Virus record (IMG/VR): IMGVR_UViG_3300046724_000647 | Span: 1-62,908 of that record | Source: a virus | Taxonomy: Duplodnaviria; Caudoviricetes | Strand: one strand, 5' to 3' | Length of the DNA: 62,908 nt | Shown: piece by piece, positions 26,739 through 35,994 of the stretch | Position numbering within the stretch: position 1 is the first letter of the stretch | How the letters are laid out: every line of letters begins with the position of its first letter | Made by a program: the position numbers and the translations under genes | Notes under the pieces: generated by a model | Databases searched by the model: none | Told to the model about the DNA's origin: nothing | Seen by the model: the letters and a program-made list of their open reading frames with translations, nothing else

Positions 26739-28879
26739 GTGGAGTGTTGTTGCTGGAGTCTCAGAAAGCCGAACTTTCGTGGCAAGTTCCAGTTTTCGAA
26801 TTATCTGCTACACATTGCTGTGGTTGGGTCGAGGAAGCGATCAGTGAAGGAGAGGGGTATCTTTCCGGCCAGAAGTCCTACATGAACCTGGCGAAGAACA
26901 TGAAACTGTTCGACGGCATCTTCGTCGACAAAGTTCGATCGACCATGTTCAGCAACTTCCTGAAGTACAACATCCGAAAATTCGTCGAAACCATCGCCGA
27001 CGTCCGCGAAATCGGAGTACTGGGATCGGACGCGCCGCAATACAAGTCCTACGCCGAAATCGAAAACAACGTGATGAAGGCGATCTATCAGGAATCGTTT
27101 TACCCGCGGCAGTTGCGTAAAACGCTTCAGTGGGCAGGTGTCACCGGTATCGGATATCTCTGGCCGAAATGCAAAACCACCGAGTACGGATTTGGTGAAC
27201 GCCGAATTGTGTTCGAGCCCCTTGGCATTCTCGACGTGCTTCCCGTGCAGGTGCCATCGTCGAATGACACTCAGGACGCCTACATCAACACGATCTACGA
27301 GTACATGCCCATCGCCGAGGCGCACGCGAAGTTTCCTCTGTTCCAGTCCGAACTGGTTCCCGTCAATCAATGCACGTTTCCGACGCGATTGACGGCGAAG
27401 CGAATCGACTGGGCCGAGAAGTTTCGGTACGGGGATACCAACAGCCGCAACTGGGGAAACCTGTACTGTGAAATCCGCTACACGTTCATTCGCGACATGC
27501 GAATCAACAACACGGGATTTGAATTGCCGATGGGCGATCCCAGTACCAGTTGGTTCTACAAAGTTCCATCGATCGGCCAGGATATTTTCGGCGGGATTCG
27601 AAACAACCAGCCATTCATGCGGCCGGCGACGATCATGGATTGTCGCGTGTATCCCAATCTCCGATTGATCATCACGTCCCCATCGATCAAACGGCCGATG
27701 TACGACGGACCGGCCTTTGACTGGCACGGACAGATGCCGGCGGTTCCCTACACGGTGGACGACTGGCCATGGGAAGCACTCGGCGGCTCTCTGGTAGATT
27801 CGGTCGGATCACTCGAACTCACCAAACGCAAGCACGAACGCGGGATGGACCAGGTCATCACCGCCCGCATGGATCCACCTATCGGATACGACCGGACTTC
27901 CGTCGGTGGAACGAAGGTGGAGAATTTCGACCTGTTCGAATCGAAAGTTCGCATGGGTGGAGACGGTGTGCCGCGGCAAACATTCCAGTCCTTGCTTCCC
28001 GATGAAGTCCAGATCACCGACACCAATTACAAATTCCTCGAGTACCTGATCAACGCGCAAAAGCAGCAACTGGGCCTCGACGATTTGGGCAATATCCAGA
28101 ATGTTCGAATGAACATGGATTCCGATAGCTTCGACAAGATGATCGAATCCATCGGTCCGATCGCGAAAGGAATCGCGGCTTCGATGGAATCTGGAAATGC
28201 GAAAGTCGCCTACCAGATGAAGTTCATGATCCCGCAGTGGATGGACATGAAGCGGATTGTCGAATACATCGGACCCGACAAAGTCACCGCGGAAGTGCTC
28301 GACTACGATCCGGATTCGCTGGTTCCGTCTCACCTTGTCGACGAGATGGAAAACGGCCTGAATCCATTCGACATCGTCGAGGGCGTCGTTGTCGATCGCG
28401 CTTCACGATACGATCGCATGACGCGCGCTCGAGCGTTTGCGGCAAACCTGCGATTGATATCGGTTCCATCGACGCTGCTCAAGATCACTCAGGCGCAAGA
28501 GCAGTTGAAGTACCTGCAGTTGTACCGTGACCAGTTCCCCATCAGTCCCCACACGGTGGCGAAGAAACTCGGCATTGAAAACTTCGGTGAGATTCCCGGC
28601 GCCGATGAATTCGAGAAGTGGGTCAACTGGAAAAAGATCCAGATTGCCCTGATGGCCCAGGAACAGCAGTTAGCTGGACAACTCGGTGTCGGTGGCGGAC
28701 CCGCTGGCGGCGATCAATCCGGCGGAGGCGATCAATCCGGGGGTGGACAACAGGGCAGCGACAAACAAAGTACCGGTAAACGCGAGGGACGACCATCGTC
28801 TGGTAAAGTCCCACCGAAGATCGTTCAAAAGGGGAAGCATGATGGAAAACCACGTACGACCATCGTCGAATCCAAATGA
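26735..28879 (+). CDS. portal protein (P22-like size)
   Basis: 714 aa after terL; GVTGIGYL, PAVPYTVDDWPWEALGGSLV; Gly/Gln-rich tail. Confidence 0.75.
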   Translation: MSGVLLLESQKAELSWQVPVFELSATHCCGWVEEAISEGEGYLSGQKSYMNLAKNMKLFDGIFVDKVRSTMFSNFLKYNIRKFVETIADVREIGVLGSDAPQYKSYAEIENNVMKAIYQESFYPRQLRKTLQWAGVTGIGYLWPKCKTTEYGFGERRIVFEPLGILDVLPVQVPSSNDTQDAYINTIYEYMPIAEAHAKFPLFQSELVPVNQCTFPTRLTAKRIDWAEKFRYGDTNSRNWGNLYCEIRYTFIRDMRINNTGFELPMGDPSTSWFYKVPSIGQDIFGGIRNNQPFMRPATIMDCRVYPNLRLIITSPSIKRPMYDGPAFDWHGQMPAVPYTVDDWPWEALGGSLVDSVGSLELTKRKHERGMDQVITARMDPPIGYDRTSVGGTKVENFDLFESKVRMGGDGVPRQTFQSLLPDEVQITDTNYKFLEYLINAQKQQLGLDDLGNIQNVRMNMDSDSFDKMIESIGPIAKGIAASMESGNAKVAYQMKFMIPQWMDMKRIVEYIGPDKVTAEVLDYDPDSLVPSHLVDEMENGLNPFDIVEGVVVDRASRYDRMTRARAFAANLRLISVPSTLLKITQAQEQLKYLQLYRDQFPISPHTVAKKLGIENFGEIPGADEFEKWVNWKKIQIALMAQEQQLAGQLGVGGGPAGGDQSGGGDQSGGGQQGSDKQSTGKREGRPSSGKVPPKIVQKGKHDGKPRTTIVESK

Positions 28880-29109
28880 AAGCTGAAGGATTTGTCCTCA
28901 ACAATAACGAAATCGTTCTCACCGAAACGCAACTTCGCTCGACGGTTCCGGCGAATCGGATCGTGGACGCGTTACGCGAGAATCGAGTCACCGGGCAACT
29001 GACATTTCACATGATTCAGGGCGGTGTTCGCAGCGTCATGCTGACCTCCAGGCAGACTTCCACCGAAAACACTGCCGAAAAAATCGTCGAAATTCTGCGT
29101 CGATTGTGA
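28876..29109 (+). CDS. small protein, possible late regulator
   Basis: VTGQLTFHMIQGGVRSV beta-hairpin; directly precedes a promoter-terminator unit. Confidence 0.65.
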   Translation: MKAEGFVLNNNEIVLTETQLRSTVPANRIVDALRENRVTGQLTFHMIQGGVRSVMLTSRQTSTENTAEKIVEILRRL

Positions 29110-29116
29110 AAACTTG

Positions 29117-29146
29117 TTGACAAGGTATTGCGTGACAGCGTAATCC
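29117..29146 (+). promoter_or_regulatory. sigma70-like promoter
   Basis: TTGACA at 29117; CGTAATCC 16-18 nt downstream. Confidence 0.6.
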
Positions 29147-29149
29147 TTG

Positions 29150-29242
29150 TGCGTCGTTCGAATAGATTCCGTCGTGCCCCTTTCTCCTTTAAGGGATTCA
29201 CCAACGGCCTTTAGAAACAATTTCTAGGGGCCGTTTTCTTTT
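29150..29242 (+). ncRNA. about 90-nt attenuator/sRNA with an anti-SD loop
   Basis: CCCTT-TCTCCTTT-AAGGG hairpin followed by an intrinsic terminator. Confidence 0.5.
29203..29242 (+). terminator. intrinsic terminator upstream of scaffold/capsid genes
   Basis: AACGGCCTTTAGAAA-CAA-TTTCTAGGGGCCGTT then TTCTTTT. Confidence 0.75.
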
Positions 29243-29260
29243 GGCCCAAGGAGAATCTGA

Positions 29261-29374
29261 ATGGGAGCCACGAAAGTTATTTCCGGTAAAGCAACCAACA
29301 TGGGTAAGTTCGGAAAGCCAAAGGCCGCCAAAGCCGCCGCCGCCGGCAAAACCGGAGTCTTCACCAAAAAGTAA
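29261..29374 (+). CDS. 37-aa Lys/Ala-rich peptide (absent from the ORF track)
   Basis: AAGGAG RBS; MGATKVISGKATNMGKFGKPKAAKAAAAGKTGVFTKK*; TAATG overlap. Confidence 0.75.
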   Translation: MGATKVISGKATNMGKFGKPKAAKAAAAGKTGVFTKK

Positions 29375-29634
29375 TGTCCTCGATGACACCACCGCCGCAA
29401 GGAGGAGGAGCCCCAGCGCCGCAAGCTGGTGGCGCGCCGCCTCCATCTGCAGCACCCGCAAATCCTCAACAGCAAGTCCTGGCCCAGATGTACGAAGTGG
29501 CCAAAAAACTCGCTCAAGAGAATCCTGTGATTTCTTCAGGGATGGCGAAGGTGGCCGAGGGAATTCAAGAAGCCCAGACGGCGATGTTGACCAACGCGCC
29601 GCAAGCCACACCGGATCAAAACCCACCCTATTAA
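29374..29634 (+). CDS. Pro/Gln/Ala-rich head-associated protein
   Basis: Coupled ORF between portal and scaffold. Confidence 0.75.
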   Translation: MSSMTPPPQGGGAPAPQAGGAPPPSAAPANPQQQVLAQMYEVAKKLAQENPVISSGMAKVAEGIQEAQTAMLTNAPQATPDQNPPY

Positions 29635-29646
29635 CAGGAGAAAATC

Positions 29647-30501
29647 ATGGCACCCACAGTGGCAGAAATCTTGAAACAGTCCGGAATGTCCGACGCAGAA
29701 ATCGCCGCACTCGACGCGCGCGTACTGACCGCCGCGACCACCGTCATTTCCACGGCCGCACAATTGGAAGCCCAGGCGAAGATCGATCGCGATGCCGCTG
29801 AACTGGCCGATCGCAATCAGCGCGCGCTGTACTCGGAGAAAATCGCGCCGGCGCTCAATGAATGGGGTGCCGATAAGGCAAACCTGGAAGCCGAGCGGGA
29901 CTTCTACAGAACTCAGGCCCAGTCGGCCAAGACCAATGGCTTCATTGCCAAGGATGCTCCGGGCTATGTGGCTCCGGCAAATGGCGATGCCAACCGCGGC
30001 AGCGACGGGAAGTATGTTCCCAACGCCGGCGGCGTCCCCGGTTCCCCGGCCTTCATGACACGCGCGGAAGGTTTGTCCGCCGTCAACCTTGCAACCTGGG
30101 CGGTTACCGAACACCAGCGATTGCACGGTGCTCCACTTCCCGACGACGTGGAAACACTCGACCGTGAAGCGACAGCACAGCGTATGCCCTTCCGCGATTA
30201 CGTTTCCAAGAAGTACGGTTTCGATGCCAAAAAGCAGGAAATCGCAACTGCCCGCGAAAACGCCAAGATCGAATCCGTTGTTGCTGAACGCCTCAAAGAA
30301 AACGACCGCAAGTGGGCGGAAAAAGTGGGAAGCAACCCCAATGTCGCCGCCGGAACGCCGTCCCAGTTCACGCAACTGAAGGCTGGCGTCGATTCGAAGC
30401 AAATTAAGGACCCGTTGATGATGAACAAGCAGGAACGCCATGCCCAGACATCACAACTGATTAACCGTGAGATTGCCGACAACGCCGCGGCAGTGCACTA
30501 A
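29647..30501 (+). CDS. capsid scaffolding protein
   Basis: Helical coiled-coil ORF directly before the capsid gene; AGGAG RBS. Confidence 0.7.
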   Translation: MAPTVAEILKQSGMSDAEIAALDARVLTAATTVISTAAQLEAQAKIDRDAAELADRNQRALYSEKIAPALNEWGADKANLEAERDFYRTQAQSAKTNGFIAKDAPGYVAPANGDANRGSDGKYVPNAGGVPGSPAFMTRAEGLSAVNLATWAVTEHQRLHGAPLPDDVETLDREATAQRMPFRDYVSKKYGFDAKKQEIATARENAKIESVVAERLKENDRKWAEKVGSNPNVAAGTPSQFTQLKAGVDSKQIKDPLMMNKQERHAQTSQLINREIADNAAAVH

Positions 30502-30526
30502 CTGAACGCGCTGAAGGAGATACCCG

Positions 30527-31753
30527 ATGGCCGATCCGCTGTATAACGAAATTGACGCCACAAATCTGGAAAGCGTCCGAAAGAACGTCGTTTTTCAGAA
30601 CCTGTTCGTCGACACGCCCTTTCAAGCCAAGCTTCGCCGTGCCGGCGTCTGGGATCCGTTCCTGGGTGGATCGGGCATGATGGAGGGCTTCATTTACGGA
30701 CGTCCGCAGGGCGCCGCGGTCTCTCCTGGCCAGACGGTCACCGTCACACGCCAGCAGCAGAACACCGGCATGAAGTTCGTGCCCAAGGCGTACGTATCCT
30801 GGAATCCACTCGATGACTGGGAATTGGATGACGGTTCAGGAACCGGCGGCGTGATCAATTCCGGCCCGGCGATGATCGCCAACCAGTACCAGATCCTGAT
30901 GGAAAACATGGTGGAGATGATCAACACCATGATCGAGATGGACTCGTTCCGTCACGGTCAGGCTACCGCGACAGGAGTCGCCGACAACCGGATTCTGGAT
31001 TCCAACGGATTGTCCGAGGCGCTCAACAACGGTATCGATCCATCGTGGGACGGGAATTACTTCACGACATACGGTGGAGCAACCCGAAACACGACCATCG
31101 GCAAGGCGCTCAACAGCACGCCGCTGTATCTGGGAACGCTGACCGGCGCCACCGGCCAGATTGACTTCAACGCTCTCATGCGAATGTGGGCTCAGTGTAC
31201 GGTGGCCGGCGGAAAACCCGACCTCGGCATCACCAACGTTCTCGGATTTGTCGCCATCGCCAATGCGCTCGATGCTCAACGGCGCGACGTGTCCAACAAA
31301 AACCACGACATTCAGTGGGATGGCTTGAATTTCAACTCGGTTGATATTTACGCCGATCCGCTGGCGCCTTCCGCGCTGGCTGGAAACTTCCTGTCCCTAG
31401 CTCCGGCGGGTGGAACCGCCCTGAACAACAACTTGGTGGACGGCGCCGGTAACTCCACTCAGACCGGGACGTTCACCACGCCGACATTCACCGGAATTGC
31501 GACTGGTGCGGCCAACACGACCGGTTCCAACCTTCCATCGAATACCCTGGTCACCGTCGGTGAAGTCCTGTTCTTCCTCGAGGCGGCATCTTTCAAGATT
31601 CGGCCGACGAACAAGAAGGGCTGGAACTACGGCTTGCGTCGTTCACCGATGCCGAACAACGTCAGCATGGATGCCCTGTTCATGCGACTTGGCACGAATC
31701 TTTACAACGTGATGCCGCGCCACAACTGCCAGGCGTATGGCTTCAGCGCATAA
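30527..31753 (+). CDS. major capsid protein
   Basis: 408 aa after the scaffold; AAGGAG RBS; strongly biased codons; SNGLSEAL and PDLGITN fit HK97-fold positions. Confidence 0.85.
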   Translation: MADPLYNEIDATNLESVRKNVVFQNLFVDTPFQAKLRRAGVWDPFLGGSGMMEGFIYGRPQGAAVSPGQTVTVTRQQQNTGMKFVPKAYVSWNPLDDWELDDGSGTGGVINSGPAMIANQYQILMENMVEMINTMIEMDSFRHGQATATGVADNRILDSNGLSEALNNGIDPSWDGNYFTTYGGATRNTTIGKALNSTPLYLGTLTGATGQIDFNALMRMWAQCTVAGGKPDLGITNVLGFVAIANALDAQRRDVSNKNHDIQWDGLNFNSVDIYADPLAPSALAGNFLSLAPAGGTALNNNLVDGAGNSTQTGTFTTPTFTGIATGAANTTGSNLPSNTLVTVGEVLFFLEAASFKIRPTNKKGWNYGLRRSPMPNNVSMDALFMRLGTNLYNVMPRHNCQAYGFSA

Positions 31754-31765
31754 AGGAGAACGACA

Positions 31766-32371
31766 TTGCCTTTTCAACCGATAACACCAACTTGGTTTGC
31801 TCTCAACGCCTGCAATGATCTGTCTCCGACAGGGCTGGTCGATTCTCGTACCGGCGCAGCGTACTTTGCAGGCGGCCTGAACCTTGGGGACTTTTTCGAC
31901 CTCACGGAATCAGAAGCCAACGCTCTGTCGTACGTACCGGCTGCGGGGACGTCGGTTCAGCTTCACGCTGGACGATATCGCCGAGTTCAGGTCGACTCCG
32001 GCGCCACGGCTTCGAATGTGAAAGTCGGAACGGTCGGACTGATGGGCGCAGGCCAACAGCCTCAATTGAACCGCGTCACCAGCTACGACAAGGGGATTGT
32101 GGCCGCGCATGTGGTCATCTTCCTGAACACGGTCACTCCTGGAAACTTCTGCTTCGTGCAGGAATTGGGAGTCGCCAGCGTGTTGATGGGTTCGACCTTG
32201 CAAAAGGCCACGCCGGTCACTGGGGACATCATCGTGTCGACGACACTGGGCGTCGGCCAGGATACGACAGCACAGACGGTCGACATCGCAACCCTGGGTA
32301 TCGCTCTGACCGCACCGTCCCCGAATACGCTGGGTCTGGTCCTTCTGGATCGACCAACAATTCAGGGATAA
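31766..32371 (+). CDS. capsid cement/decoration protein
   Basis: Follows the MCP; GRYRRVQ, VTPGNFCFVQELG; TTG start with AAGGAG. Confidence 0.6.
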   Translation: MPFQPITPTWFALNACNDLSPTGLVDSRTGAAYFAGGLNLGDFFDLTESEANALSYVPAAGTSVQLHAGRYRRVQVDSGATASNVKVGTVGLMGAGQQPQLNRVTSYDKGIVAAHVVIFLNTVTPGNFCFVQELGVASVLMGSTLQKATPVTGDIIVSTTLGVGQDTTAQTVDIATLGIALTAPSPNTLGLVLLDRPTIQG

Positions 32372-32381
32372 AAGGAGTCGC

Positions 32382-32705
32382 ATGGTTATAAGTCTTTTCA
32401 AGGGTTATCCGGACCGGATGGGAAAGCGATTTGCCTTCGCTGGCTCTGGAGTAGGACCGACATCCTATGACGCCACCGGAAAGGATCCGGTTTCTGTTCC
32501 GGTCTTCAACACCTACATCGACGTCCTGCATGGCGGTACAACCGTGAGCGGAACCTACATCCTCAGAGCGGTTCCATCTTTAGGTGGCGTTCGGGCCACA
32601 TGGAAGTTGATCTGGGTCACGGCGTCGACAGGAACCGAAGTGGTGGGCGGCACCAACCTTTCCGCAGAGAAGGTGATTCTTGGCGGATTCGGCGGAATGT
32701 ACTAG
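32382..32705 (+). CDS. small structural protein
   Basis: GPTSYDATG...EVVGGTNLS beta-rich; AAGGAG RBS. Confidence 0.6.
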   Translation: MVISLFKGYPDRMGKRFAFAGSGVGPTSYDATGKDPVSVPVFNTYIDVLHGGTTVSGTYILRAVPSLGGVRATWKLIWVTASTGTEVVGGTNLSAEKVILGGFGGMY

Positions 32706-32730
32706 AGACCAATTACAAACGCGGTGAAAT

Positions 32731-32768
32731 GGCGTCCGTCCGGCGGTTTTCGGACGGGCGCCTTTTTC
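32731..32768 (+). terminator. intrinsic terminator after the head genes
   Basis: GGCGTCCGTCCG/CGGACGGGCGCC then TTTTT. Confidence 0.8.
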
Positions 32769-32783
32769 GTTTGAGGAGGAATC

Positions 32784-32966
32784 ATGGCAAATTGGATCCA
32801 GGGTGCAACGGATAAGATGAAAGCGAAAGGAACACTGGGTTCCTTCGGTAAGGCCACTCCAAAGAAGATCGCGCACGCGAAGAAAGAAGGCGGCGCCATG
32901 GAAAAGAAGGCCGTCTTCGCCGAAAACATGAAAAAGATTTCCCAGAAACGGCACGGAGGCAAATAA
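32784..32966 (+). CDS. 60-aa basic protein
   Basis: GAGGAGG RBS; MANWIQGA...KKAVFAENMKK. Confidence 0.8.
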   Translation: MANWIQGATDKMKAKGTLGSFGKATPKKIAHAKKEGGAMEKKAVFAENMKKISQKRHGGK

Positions 32967-33986
32967 GTGTCTTTCGCGAAGATGGCATTCAGTCTGACCG
33001 GCCAGATTCCCGGGATGGAAATGCCGCTGGCACAGTCGACGCTGAACGAAGCCCTGGGCCGGATCTACGACGAGCAGGTCTGGAGTTTCCAGTTCAAGGA
33101 AAATGGCTGGTTCACGCCCGGGCTCAAGTTTGCGTCCACGTCATCGACGGCATCTTCGGGAACAATCACCGCAACCCGGTTCAGCACATCGGTTGTGGGG
33201 GATGCGACGGCGGCGGCGCTCTGGGTGGCCTACAACATTGCCGGAACGCTGCCGTTGTTGACGCAATTCCAGATTCGGAGTCCGCGCTATTCGCTCTACA
33301 ACATCATCGCGTTCGATGGGGTGAATACTTTTACGCTCGATCGGCCGTGGATGGATCCCGACGGAGCCCAATTGGCGTACATGATCTATCAGGCGTACTT
33401 CCCGGTACCGGGCGTGGCCAGGGATTTCAAGCGTTTCCTCGAGATTCGCGATACCACCAACGCGGCGCCGATCGATTTCTGGACGCTCAGTCGCATTGAT
33501 TTGTCGATCAAGGACCCGCAGCGCCAGGGATTCAATCAGCCGGCGTTTGCGGTCCCCTACGAACCGGATTCTCGCGCCGGCAGTGCGACTCTGGGGAATA
33601 TGCTCTGGGAACTATGGGGGCATCCCCTGAGTCAGCTGCCGTATACGTTCAGTTATTTGCGCCGCGGCGATTTGCTGACCTTTCCGTCCGACGATGTTCC
33701 CTATCCGCTGACCGAAGAACTGGTCATGTGGAGGGCCAAAGAAGTCGGATGCTTGTGGAAGGAAGCCCAGAAAGGCGACGGGGTCCAGCGCGGTGCTGGT
33801 GCCGACTGGCAGTTTCTGGCTTCGGCGGCCAACAAGGAATACATGCGGGAACTGAAGATCATTTCCGACCGCGATCGCGATTTGGTGAATTTCTATTTCA
33901 ATCGGTACGTCCGCAATTCGTCGATCGGCCAGTGGGGTGATGGTTACGCCAACATTCAAGGAAATTTAAATGTTGGAAGGTTCTAA
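32967..33986 (+). CDS. putative head-tail adaptor protein
   Basis: LNEALGRIYDEQVWSF helical N-terminus; DVPYPLTEELV. Confidence 0.6.
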   Translation: MSFAKMAFSLTGQIPGMEMPLAQSTLNEALGRIYDEQVWSFQFKENGWFTPGLKFASTSSTASSGTITATRFSTSVVGDATAAALWVAYNIAGTLPLLTQFQIRSPRYSLYNIIAFDGVNTFTLDRPWMDPDGAQLAYMIYQAYFPVPGVARDFKRFLEIRDTTNAAPIDFWTLSRIDLSIKDPQRQGFNQPAFAVPYEPDSRAGSATLGNMLWELWGHPLSQLPYTFSYLRRGDLLTFPSDDVPYPLTEELVMWRAKEVGCLWKEAQKGDGVQRGAGADWQFLASAANKEYMRELKIISDRDRDLVNFYFNRYVRNSSIGQWGDGYANIQGNLNVGRF

Positions 33987-34499
33987 ACGATGCGAATAAG
34001 AAAACTCTCCGAACGTCTCCTGAGCTGCCTTCGCTCTTGCGGCGATTGCATCCGATATTTCATGAAACGAGCCAAGGTATCTGTTTCTTCCTTTTACGCC
34101 GATTTGCGCTGTCCATTTGCCTTTGGCTGGATTCCACGCAATTCCGGTATGTCCAGATTTCGAATCGACCCTAACTTTTCTATTTTGTGCATTCTGGGCC
34201 GAAGTGGCGAACCGAAGATTGCGCCTCCGGTTGTCGAGAGTGGTGCCATTCCTGTGATCCAGAAGGTCTCCGGATTTAGCTTTCATGATTATTCGGTGCA
34301 TCGACGGTCCGCCTTTGTTTCGTCTTGCGTAAAAGCTTTTGGTTCGAGGATGCCAATAGGCGGTCCAGCACCATTGCATCAGCCAGTCGTAGTCCGACGC
34401 GTCAACGATCGCGGTTTGCCCCTTGGTAAGAGCGATGTATTTGATAGATTGATCCAGCGGCTGAATAACTTCGTGTCTGATAACACGCGGTGTGCCCAT
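33966..34499 (-). CDS. HNH-AP2 homing endonuclease antisense to the late operon
   Basis: LTKGQTAIVD, DHRNGTTLDNRRRNLR, KWTAQIG...YLGSF. Confidence 0.9.
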   Translation of the reverse strand: MGTPRVIRHEVIQPLDQSIKYIALTKGQTAIVDASDYDWLMQWCWTAYWHPRTKSFYARRNKGGPSMHRIIMKAKSGDLLDHRNGTTLDNRRRNLRFATSAQNAQNRKVRVDSKSGHTGIAWNPAKGKWTAQIGVKGRNRYLGSFHEISDAIAARAKAAQETFGEFSYSHRLEPSNI

Positions 34500-34551
34500 G
34501 AGGAAACTCCATTCCTTGTGCGGCGTTCAGCCGCTTTCGTATTTTAACAGG
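34500..34551 (-). promoter_or_regulatory. dedicated extended -10 promoter and leader hairpin for the antisense HNH
   Basis: TGT-TAAAAT then GCGGC-TGAAC-GCCGC. Confidence 0.6.
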
Positions 34552-34560
34552 AGACCAAAA

Positions 34561-34965
34561 ATGTCAGGTCAAATTCTAACCGTCAACGCCGGGATTTATC
34601 CGGGGACCGCAAAGGCGGAATTGCTCCACGTCAACCAGCAAGCGTATTTGCTGAAGGCCACACGGATTTTCAGCGGACAGGCCAGTGTTGCAGTCCAAAT
34701 CGAGCGAGGCAACCGTGGTTTTTACCCATGGGGGCTTGCCGCTCAAGTGGAGTTTTCGGGTGTTCCGGGGACCTTCGATATTGAGATTGCAGGATCGGAA
34801 GATGATCGGGATGCCAGTTACGTGAACCTGGTCAAGATCAGCGCCGTCAACTCAAGCAACATCGGTCGAGCCGACCTGGGCGTTAGCCTCTGGCCGAAGT
34901 TTGTACGTGCGAACGTCGTGACGCTGACCAATGACGTGCTGACAACGTTCCTGCTCACTCGCTAA
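34561..34965 (+). CDS. small beta-rich virion protein
   Basis: AGGAG RBS; jelly-roll-like pattern ending KFVRANV. Confidence 0.6.
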   Translation: MSGQILTVNAGIYPGTAKAELLHVNQQAYLLKATRIFSGQASVAVQIERGNRGFYPWGLAAQVEFSGVPGTFDIEIAGSEDDRDASYVNLVKISAVNSSNIGRADLGVSLWPKFVRANVVTLTNDVLTTFLLTR

Positions 34966-34988
34966 GTAATTTCAAAACAGGGAGCAAG

Positions 34989-35333
34989 ATGCACTTTAAG
35001 GTTGGAGTTCTAATTACTGGGATGTTGGCGAGTATGCCAATGGCATTCGCTGTCGATTTTTCGCATCCCCCCGCCGCGCTGACCGGTTGGATGGGGTTTG
35101 TCATTGCATTGTTTGGCGTGCTGGGGCTTCTGCAACTGGGCCTGGTGAAATATATCCTCAAGCCGGCCATTATGGACGAAATGAAAGGGATGGTGTCGGG
35201 TGTGGACTTCAAGGCCCATACCAGTGACGACAAGCGATTCCAGGACGATGTGAACGAATTCATGGGGGAAGTTCGTGACGAATTGGGGATTGAACGTCGA
35301 AAAATGGCCCGCCGCAAGGGGGATCCCCGGTAA
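34989..35333 (+). CDS. membrane protein, putative holin
   Basis: Two hydrophobic segments and a charged tail, directly before the endolysin. Confidence 0.55.
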   Translation: MHFKVGVLITGMLASMPMAFAVDFSHPPAALTGWMGFVIALFGVLGLLQLGLVKYILKPAIMDEMKGMVSGVDFKAHTSDDKRFQDDVNEFMGEVRDELGIERRKMARRKGDPR

Positions 35334-35722
35334 TGGACTGGAGTAGCATCAAGCATTTCAAGCCGAAGGAATTCGATAGTCCGGACCTGCCGGGTTCTGG
35401 CGACAGCATGGACTTTGGATTCGTCAAGAAACTTGACGTTCTCCGGGATCTTTGCGGCTTTCCACTGATCGTCGCTTCCGGCTACCGAACCCCGGCGCAC
35501 AACACAGCGGTTGGAGGATTGGCCGCTTCGGCGCATCTGACCGGAGAGGCGGTCGACATCCGATGCCTGACGACTCAGGCGCGGTTCCTGATTCTGGGAA
35601 ACGCGTTCAGTCTCGGTTTCAGGCGGGTTGGAGTCGGCGACGCATTTATTCATCTCGACGATTCGGCAACGCTGGATCAACGGGTGTTTTGGTTGTATCC
35701 ACCGAAGACGGCCATCACTTAA
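35333..35722 (+). CDS. endolysin, peptidase M15 family
   Basis: SGYRTPAHNTAVGG...SAHLTGEAVDI...FIHLD. Confidence 0.9.
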   Translation: MDWSSIKHFKPKEFDSPDLPGSGDSMDFGFVKKLDVLRDLCGFPLIVASGYRTPAHNTAVGGLAASAHLTGEAVDIRCLTTQARFLILGNAFSLGFRRVGVGDAFIHLDDSATLDQRVFWLYPPKTAIT

Positions 35723-35734
35723 AAGGGGGTTTCC

Positions 35735-35929
35735 ATGCCACTGATTTACGTCGTCATCGTCCTGCTCGTGGTTGGAGTTCTGCTATACCTGGTCAACACG
35801 CTGCCGTACGTCGATGCGAAGATCAAAACGATCATCAATGCAGTCGTCCTGATTGTGGTCGTTCTCTGGGTGTTGCAGTTGTTTGGAATTCTCGACTACC
35901 TGACCACCATCAGGGTTCCGCGCCGCTGA
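35735..35929 (+). CDS. two-TM membrane protein (Thivi_2564-like)
   Basis: VVGVLLYLVN...DAKIKTIINAVVLIVVVLWVLQLFG. Confidence 0.75.
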   Translation: MPLIYVVIVLLVVGVLLYLVNTLPYVDAKIKTIINAVVLIVVVLWVLQLFGILDYLTTIRVPRR

Positions 35930-35931
35930 GA

Positions 35932-35994
35932 CAAAAAAAGAGGCCGGGACACCGATCCCGGCCCGCAAACAAGAAAGGTTTAATACATGAACAG
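35932..35994 (-). ncRNA. about 60-nt sRNA complementary to early-gene translation starts
   Basis: TGC-TAGAGT promoter (36000-36008), single-stranded UGUUCAUGUAUUAAACCUUUCUUGUUUG, terminator GGCCGGGA/TCCCGGCC + T7. Confidence 0.65.

Noticed and set aside
28705-28760. GGCGATCAATCCGG duplicate
   Set aside because: Encodes GGDQSGG low-complexity repeats in the portal tail.
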